Positions 59,034-64,000 of a stretch of 64,000 nt of DNA are shown here, piece after piece; the stretch's first letter is position 1, and every line of letters starts with the position of its first letter. The notes beneath the pieces are model-generated. The model did not search any database, was not told where the DNA came from, and was given only the letters and a program-made list of their open reading frames with translations. This DNA comes from Candidatus Hydrogenedens sp. (GTDB taxonomy: Bacteria; Hydrogenedentota; Hydrogenedentia; Hydrogenedentales; Hydrogenedentaceae), in NCBI GenBank assembly GCA_049968235.1, contig JBMFRC010000006.1, positions 32,001 through 96,000 on the forward strand, written 5' to 3'. Position numbers and translations under genes: made by a program.

Positions 59034-59736
59034 GTTTTTTCTCTATTTTTTGTAACTCTTGCTGCATATAGGAGTCTGCTTTTAACACCTCGGGTGTAAC
59101 AACTCCACCTGACAAAATCATTGTTACAATTTCATCCATTGGAATCTCCATTTCATCTCCTACGCTATCTTGAGGAACTAATTCAAAATATCCGCTTGTA
59201 GGATTAGGTGTAGTCGGAACAAAAACTGTTTTAAAAGAACCCAGTCCTTCAATCTCCACACTATTTGTAACTAAAGCAATACTTCTAACTCCGGGAAAGG
59301 GGAAATCAATAAATATTGCTGGACCTGATTTCTGTTTTTCTTCTTTCGCTTTTGTAAATACAGATACAATTTGTTTTGTAGCATTATATATGGTTTTTAT
59401 AAAAGGTATCCGTTCTAAAATACTTTCAAATAAGTAAAAAAGCCTACTCCCAACGTAGATATTTGTTATAACCCCTAAAAATAAAATCCCCAGTATTATC
59501 AATATTAAAGAAATAGCGGGGACAAAATAATCAGGCACCGTATAGAATATTTTTTTCGTAAGTGGTCCTAATTTATTATGTAACAATAAATAAAGTAATT
59601 GTATTACATAGAAGGTTACCCCGACAGGTATGATAACGATTAACCCTGTGAATATTCGATTAATTATGGAAGTTTTTATCGCTCTAAATAATCGTTTTAG
59701 CAGGATAATTAATCTTAATTTTAAGGAAGGATGCAT
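59023..59736 (-). CDS. DUF502 family membrane protein, paralog 2
   Basis: Same architecture (IIPVGVTFYVI). Overlaps the downstream paralog by 11 nt. Confidence 0.55.
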   Translation of the reverse strand: MHPSLKLRLIILLKRLFRAIKTSIINRIFTGLIVIIPVGVTFYVIQLLYLLLHNKLGPLTKKIFYTVPDYFVPAISLILIILGILFLGVITNIYVGSRLFYLFESILERIPFIKTIYNATKQIVSVFTKAKEEKQKSGPAIFIDFPFPGVRSIALVTNSVEIEGLGSFKTVFVPTTPNPTSGYFELVPQDSVGDEMEIPMDEIVTMILSGGVVTPEVLKADSYMQQELQKIEKKHAD

Positions 59737-59744
59737 ATAAAATA

Positions 59745-60008
59745 CTAAGATATATGATTCTTTTCTATTTCTATTCCATCGCCAATTCTTAAATAAGGCA
59801 AGTCATTAATAATGGGATATACAATTTTTTTATCTTCCCTTATCAATCCCCCGTCTAAATTTTCATTCACCGGGTCCCCATCTCTATTTACTACCTTACC
59901 CTGTTGAATAGCTTTGTTAATTTTCTTTAATAATTCATCATCAACCAGTTGTAACGGTTGTTTTGTTTCAGGACATACTAATATATTGAGTAATTCCTGT
60001 GAAATCAT
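59745..60008 (-). CDS. Trm112-like / UPF0434 (YcaR) small protein
   Basis: The N-terminal LLNILVCPETKQPL motif and a C-terminal beta-hairpin segment. Confidence 0.65.
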   Translation of the reverse strand: MISQELLNILVCPETKQPLQLVDDELLKKINKAIQQGKVVNRDGDPVNENLDGGLIREDKKIVYPIINDLPYLRIGDGIEIEKNHIS

Positions 60009-60032
60009 AAAGGTTCTCCTAAAACTCAGAAA

Positions 60033-60224
60033 TTATGAGTTCTCTTCTTTTTTCTTCTCTTCTAAACTTTCTTTCTTTTCCTCTTCTCCCCCTTTGACTG
60101 CATCCTTAAATTCTGCAATGGCTGTTCCTAAAGAACGACCTAATCCTGCAATCTTATTTCCACCAAATAAAACGAGGACTATAATAAGGATTATAAATAA
60201 TTCACCCATTCCTGGTGTCCACAT
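60033..60224 (-). CDS. tatA: Twin-arginine translocase subunit TatA/E
   Basis: GELFIILIIVLVLFGGNKIAGLGRSLGTAIAEFKDAVKG: TM helix, conserved Phe-Gly hinge, and amphipathic helix. Start set to the ATG (MWTPG) with an AAAGGAA RBS; the track start lies further upstream. Confidence 0.85.
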   Translation of the reverse strand: MWTPGMGELFIILIIVLVLFGGNKIAGLGRSLGTAIAEFKDAVKGGEEEKKESLEEKKKEENS

Positions 60225-60460
60225 ATATTGTTCCTTTCTAAATAAGGTTATTTTTCGATTCAAACTACAAACATTTAATTATATTATACTCTTCAATCAC
60301 ATTTGGTTTCTAATTGTAACGCTTCGTCCTAATTTCATGTATACACCAAAATATATAGTTGAGAAATATGTCTGTAAAAAGAGATAATATATTATAAGTT
60401 TTTGAATATAGTTATATCCTTTTAAGAACCCCAAAAGATACATTATAGGAGTGCTTTTTT

Positions 60461-62182
60461 ATGTCCGATGGTCCATATATGAATAATGAAGAAAATAAAG
60501 AATGCTGTGGTAGAGATTTTATACATCAAATTATTGATGAAGATTTAAAGAGTGGAAGATACACGGGTGTAGTAACGCGTTTTCCACCGGAACCCAATGG
60601 GTATCTACATATCGGACATGCGAAATCTATATGTTTAAATTTCGGTCTTGCGGAAGAATATAAAGGAAGATGTCATCTTCGATACGATGATACAAATCCA
60701 TTAAAAGAAGAGCAAGAATATATTGATGCGATTCGTGAAGATGTAAAATGGTTGGGCTTTGACTGGGGAAAACATGAATATTATGCCTCTGATTATTTTG
60801 AACAACTTTATGAATGGGCTATTGATTTAATTAAAAAAGGTAAAGCCTATGTTTGTGATTTATCATCGGAGGAAGTGAGGGCATATCGGGGAACATTAAC
60901 AGAACCTGGTAAAGAAAGTCCATATCGCAATAGGTCCATAGAGGAAAATTTAGATCTTTTCCAGAGAATGAGAGCAGGCGAATTCCCCGATGGTTCGCGA
61001 ACACTTCGTGCAAAAATTGATATGGCTTCACCTAATTTAAACATGCGTGACCCGATAATGTATCGTATTATACGAGCAACTCATCCACGAACAGGTGATA
61101 AATGGTGTATTTATCCCATGTATGATTTTGCTCATGGTCAATCCGATTCTATTGAAGGTATAACGCATTCTATCTGTACATTGGAATTTGAAGACCACCG
61201 TCCTTTATATGACTGGTTTATAAAAGAAATTGGGATATATGCTCCTCGACAGATTGAATTTGCTCGATTAAACCTAACATATACAGTTATGAGTAAAAGG
61301 AGACTTCTTGAACTTGTTCGTGAGGGATATGTTCGTGGTTGGGATGACCCAAGAATGCCTACCATATCCGGATTGAGAAGAAGAGGTTATACCCCTGAAT
61401 CTATTCGTCAATTTTGCAAATTAATTGGTGTAGCCAAAGCAGATAATACCGTAGATATAGCCTTACTTGAATATTGTATTCGTGAGGATTTAAATAAGAA
61501 AGCCAATAGATATATGGCGGTTCTAAATCCTCTAAAAGTAGTCATTGAAAACTATCCTGATGACCTTACTGAAGAAATGGATGCAGTAAATAATCCGGAA
61601 GACCCCTCTGCTGGAACAAGAAAAGTTCCATTTTCAAAGGTAATATACATTGAACAAGATGATTTTATGGAAAATCCACATCCAAAATTCTATCGACTAT
61701 CACCCGGAAAAGAAGTTCGGTTAAGATATGCTTACTTTATAAAATGCACAGATGTAATAAAAGATGAAAAGGGTAATATTATTGAATTGCGTTGCACATA
61801 TGACCCGAATACGAAAGGTGGAAACGCACCGGATGGCAGGAAAGTAAAGGCAACTTTACATTGGGTATCTGCCCGACATGCTTTTGACGCAGAAATCCGT
61901 TTATATGATTATCTTTTCCTGAAACCCGACCCCAGTGATGTCCCTGAAGGTTGCGATTGGAGAAGCAATATAAATCCAAATTCATTATTAGTGTTATCAA
62001 ACTGCAAATTAGAACCTGAATTAAAAAATCTCAGGACAGGCGAAAAGGTTCAATTTGAACGGCAGGGGTATTTCTGTGTTGACCCCGATTCAAACCCTGA
62101 AAAAATGGTATTTAATCGAACGGTAACTCTTAAAGATGAATGGGCAAAAATCAAATCCAGATTGAATTCGTCTTCGAAATAG
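60461..62182 (+). CDS. glnS: Glutaminyl-tRNA synthetase
   Basis: [41 protein letters not shown] is almost identical to the GlnRS class I core. VMSKR present. A GlnRS-type anticodon-binding beta-barrel follows. Confidence 0.95.
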   Translation: MSDGPYMNNEENKECCGRDFIHQIIDEDLKSGRYTGVVTRFPPEPNGYLHIGHAKSICLNFGLAEEYKGRCHLRYDDTNPLKEEQEYIDAIREDVKWLGFDWGKHEYYASDYFEQLYEWAIDLIKKGKAYVCDLSSEEVRAYRGTLTEPGKESPYRNRSIEENLDLFQRMRAGEFPDGSRTLRAKIDMASPNLNMRDPIMYRIIRATHPRTGDKWCIYPMYDFAHGQSDSIEGITHSICTLEFEDHRPLYDWFIKEIGIYAPRQIEFARLNLTYTVMSKRRLLELVREGYVRGWDDPRMPTISGLRRRGYTPESIRQFCKLIGVAKADNTVDIALLEYCIREDLNKKANRYMAVLNPLKVVIENYPDDLTEEMDAVNNPEDPSAGTRKVPFSKVIYIEQDDFMENPHPKFYRLSPGKEVRLRYAYFIKCTDVIKDEKGNIIELRCTYDPNTKGGNAPDGRKVKATLHWVSARHAFDAEIRLYDYLFLKPDPSDVPEGCDWRSNINPNSLLVLSNCKLEPELKNLRTGEKVQFERQGYFCVDPDSNPEKMVFNRTVTLKDEWAKIKSRLNSSSK

Positions 62183-62323
62183 TCTTATAGAAATAATTTT
62201 AAGGGTGATTCCATTAAAATTTTTTGTGATTTTTTACATTAATTTCATGCATAATTATTATAATACTGTTTTTCAGTGGTAGGTATAAATATATAAAAAA
62301 AACAATTAGGGAATTAAAATAAG

Positions 62324-64000
62324 ATGGGTAAATACAAGAATATGGTTGCACAATTATTATTCATTCTTTCAATTACTTTAACATCTTATTGCTTTTCACA
62401 GGATAATTTGAAAAATACTTCTTATTTAGAAAATTATTTTTTCCATTCTGAACAGAACAACCATTATTTTGCTTTTTCAAAAAATCAATACTTTGAAATT
62501 ACACCGGGTAGTCTAAAAATATGGATATGGAATCCTATAAAAAATGCCTTTTGTGAACCTGTAGAAATTTGTTTTCTTAACAATGAGAGTAATGCTGTCC
62601 TGGGAAGTGAAAAATCTGATGTAACATACAGTTATTATTCAGGAAATAATCCGGATAATTGGATACATAATAATTTTGCCTATAAGAAATTATGTATTCC
62701 CAACATTTACAAAGGAATTGACCTTGAATTTTACTTTAATAATCATGAGTTAGAGTTTGATTTCATCATTAACTCTCAAACAGATACTAATCAAATCCTT
62801 TGGAGAATCTGTGGGAATAATGTTGAATCACATATTGAAAACAATCAATTAGTTATTACAAATAACGAAGGCTATACATACACTTTTAGCATTCCAGAAA
62901 TATACAAATCCGCAATTAAAAATCCTGCGAGTATTCTTTCACATAATGTTTCTTTTTTAGATTTAGATGGGAATACATACCAAATCTATGTTGATATTCA
63001 TGATAGAAATTCCGAATTGCTTATAGACCCAATACTTACATTATCAACATATATAATTTTTCCGTCATCCAACTGGCCTTCTTCGCTATTTACCAAAATG
63101 TGTTTAGACTACTATAACAATATTGAGGATATTGCTTTAATAGGGGGAGCCATTGAATTTCCCGGTTCTTCTGGAACGGATGTATCAGGATTTTTATGTA
63201 AATTATCCCCACAATTAGGGAAAACACATCATATTGTTTTTATAAATGGAATGGGTGAAGATTATATAAATTTCGTTACTCATTTTATAAATATGATGAA
63301 TGAATTTATCGTTATAGGTGGGAAAACAAATTCTCTTAACTTTCCGACTGTTAACCCAGTCCAACCTTTAAATAGCATTCTGAACAGAAATGGAACATCT
63401 GGTGAATTTGATGGTTTTCTTATGATGTTTGACAAAGACCTAAGGATAACTTTTTCTACTTTTGTCGGTGGGAGTGGATATGACTCTATTGAAGATATTA
63501 ACATTAACACCAATAATTTATTTTTTGCAGGGAATACAAATTCTACTGATTTACCTCTGGTAAATTCTTCATTAAAAACTCAAAAAGGACTACTTGCAGA
63601 TGGTTTCTGGGGTATACTGAAACTTACGGACCCATTGGAGTGTCGATATATAACAAAATTAGGCATAGATGGCATTGAAATCAAGGATATTGAATCATAT
63701 TCAACAATTATATATCTTTGTGGAAATACAAGCGTAGGTTTACCGTATTTTAACCCAATAGTCCCGGAAACACCTGTTCAAGGGCAGGACATCTTTATTC
63801 AAACTTATTCATATTCTGAAGGCACAACAATCCCTGATATTAGTTTATTATCTTCTTTATTCTTAGGCGGTTCGGATAATGATATATTGGAAAAATCTAT
63901 TCTTCTGAATACAAATACCCTTTGTTTGGCAGGGAATACATATTCAAATGATTTGCCAGAACCTGTCATTTCGACAATACCTGAAAAAATACCTGAAAAA
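62324..64000 (+). CDS. Secreted SBBP beta-propeller-repeat protein, paralog of the 46315..49698 gene (5' partial; runs off the window end)
   Basis: Frame is open from the ATG at 62324 to base 64000 (559 codons). Signal peptide. The N-terminal domain is homologous to the large-protein N-terminus (DLEFYFNNHELEFDFII vs DLYLYEKGGNFKFDFIV). SBBP-like repeats follow (GG.g.D...NT.S.dLP). Confidence 0.7.
   Translation, partial: MGKYKNMVAQLLFILSITLTSYCFSQDNLKNTSYLENYFFHSEQNNHYFAFSKNQYFEITPGSLKIWIWNPIKNAFCEPVEICFLNNESNAVLGSEKSDVTYSYYSGNNPDNWIHNNFAYKKLCIPNIYKGIDLEFYFNNHELEFDFIINSQTDTNQILWRICGNNVESHIENNQLVITNNEGYTYTFSIPEIYKSAIKNPASILSHNVSFLDLDGNTYQIYVDIHDRNSELLIDPILTLSTYIIFPSSNWPSSLFTKMCLDYYNNIEDIALIGGAIEFPGSSGTDVSGFLCKLSPQLGKTHHIVFINGMGEDYINFVTHFINMMNEFIVIGGKTNSLNFPTVNPVQPLNSILNRNGTSGEFDGFLMMFDKDLRITFSTFVGGSGYDSIEDININTNNLFFAGNTNSTDLPLVNSSLKTQKGLLADGFWGILKLTDPLECRYITKLGIDGIEIKDIESYSTIIYLCGNTSVGLPYFNPIVPETPVQGQDIFIQTYSYSEGTTIPDISLLSSLFLGGSDNDILEKSILLNTNTLCLAGNTYSNDLPEPVISTIPEKIPEK

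Noticed and set aside
60264-60460. Possible T-box leader upstream of glnS (and of leuS at 23655..23772).
   Set aside because: The leaders are short (about 120-200 nt). No T-box consensus (AATTAGGGTGGNACCGCG-like) or specifier/antiterminator architecture was seen.
1-64000. CRISPR arrays, rRNA genes, transposases/integrases, phage genes.
   Set aside because: No short direct repeats with regular spacing, no rRNA-like conserved stretches, and no transposase or integrase-like ORFs were observed. The only large repeat is the intragenic rSAM duplication.

Overview
This is a low-GC (AT-rich) bacterial chromosomal window with dense coding on both strands. The organism appears uncultivated and shows Gram-negative-type features (Mpl, TatA, lipoproteins, GlnRS). 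Alternative start codons (TTG/GTG) are used.

Housekeeping genes include tRNA-Arg(ACG), clpX-lon (no clpP between them), leuS, fmt-rsmB, rpe, rnhA, glgA, tsaE, tatA and glnS.

Metabolic content:
- A complete NAD-linked group 3d [NiFe]-hydrogenase operon, hoxFUYH-hoxW, followed by a REC-only regulator and a membrane histidine kinase.
- An indolepyruvate:ferredoxin oxidoreductase pair (iorAB) next to two ROK/ASKHA sugar kinases.
- Two periplasmic xylose-isomerase-like TIM-barrel enzymes, an AGE-family epimerase, and an inositol monophosphatase (SuhB).

The most unusual regions:
1. Two tandem cobalamin-binding radical SAM genes share a ~1.12 kb near-identical DNA core. They sit beside two paralogous GT-C (ArnT/PMT-like) membrane glycosyltransferases and an epimerase. 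This is a candidate undescribed glycan or lipid modification locus.
2. A signal-peptide FGE/SUMF1-domain protein and an adjacent 1127-aa secreted protein (SBBP beta-propeller repeats, Ig, proprotein-convertase P-domain) share a tandem ~47-aa repeat module. That module is N-terminal in one and C-terminal in the other. A second SBBP paralog runs off the window end.
3. A beta-helix glycanase-like gene is interrupted by an apparent -1 frameshift and is followed by an MBOAT/DltD-like O-acylation pair.

No CRISPR arrays, rRNAs or obvious mobile elements were seen.
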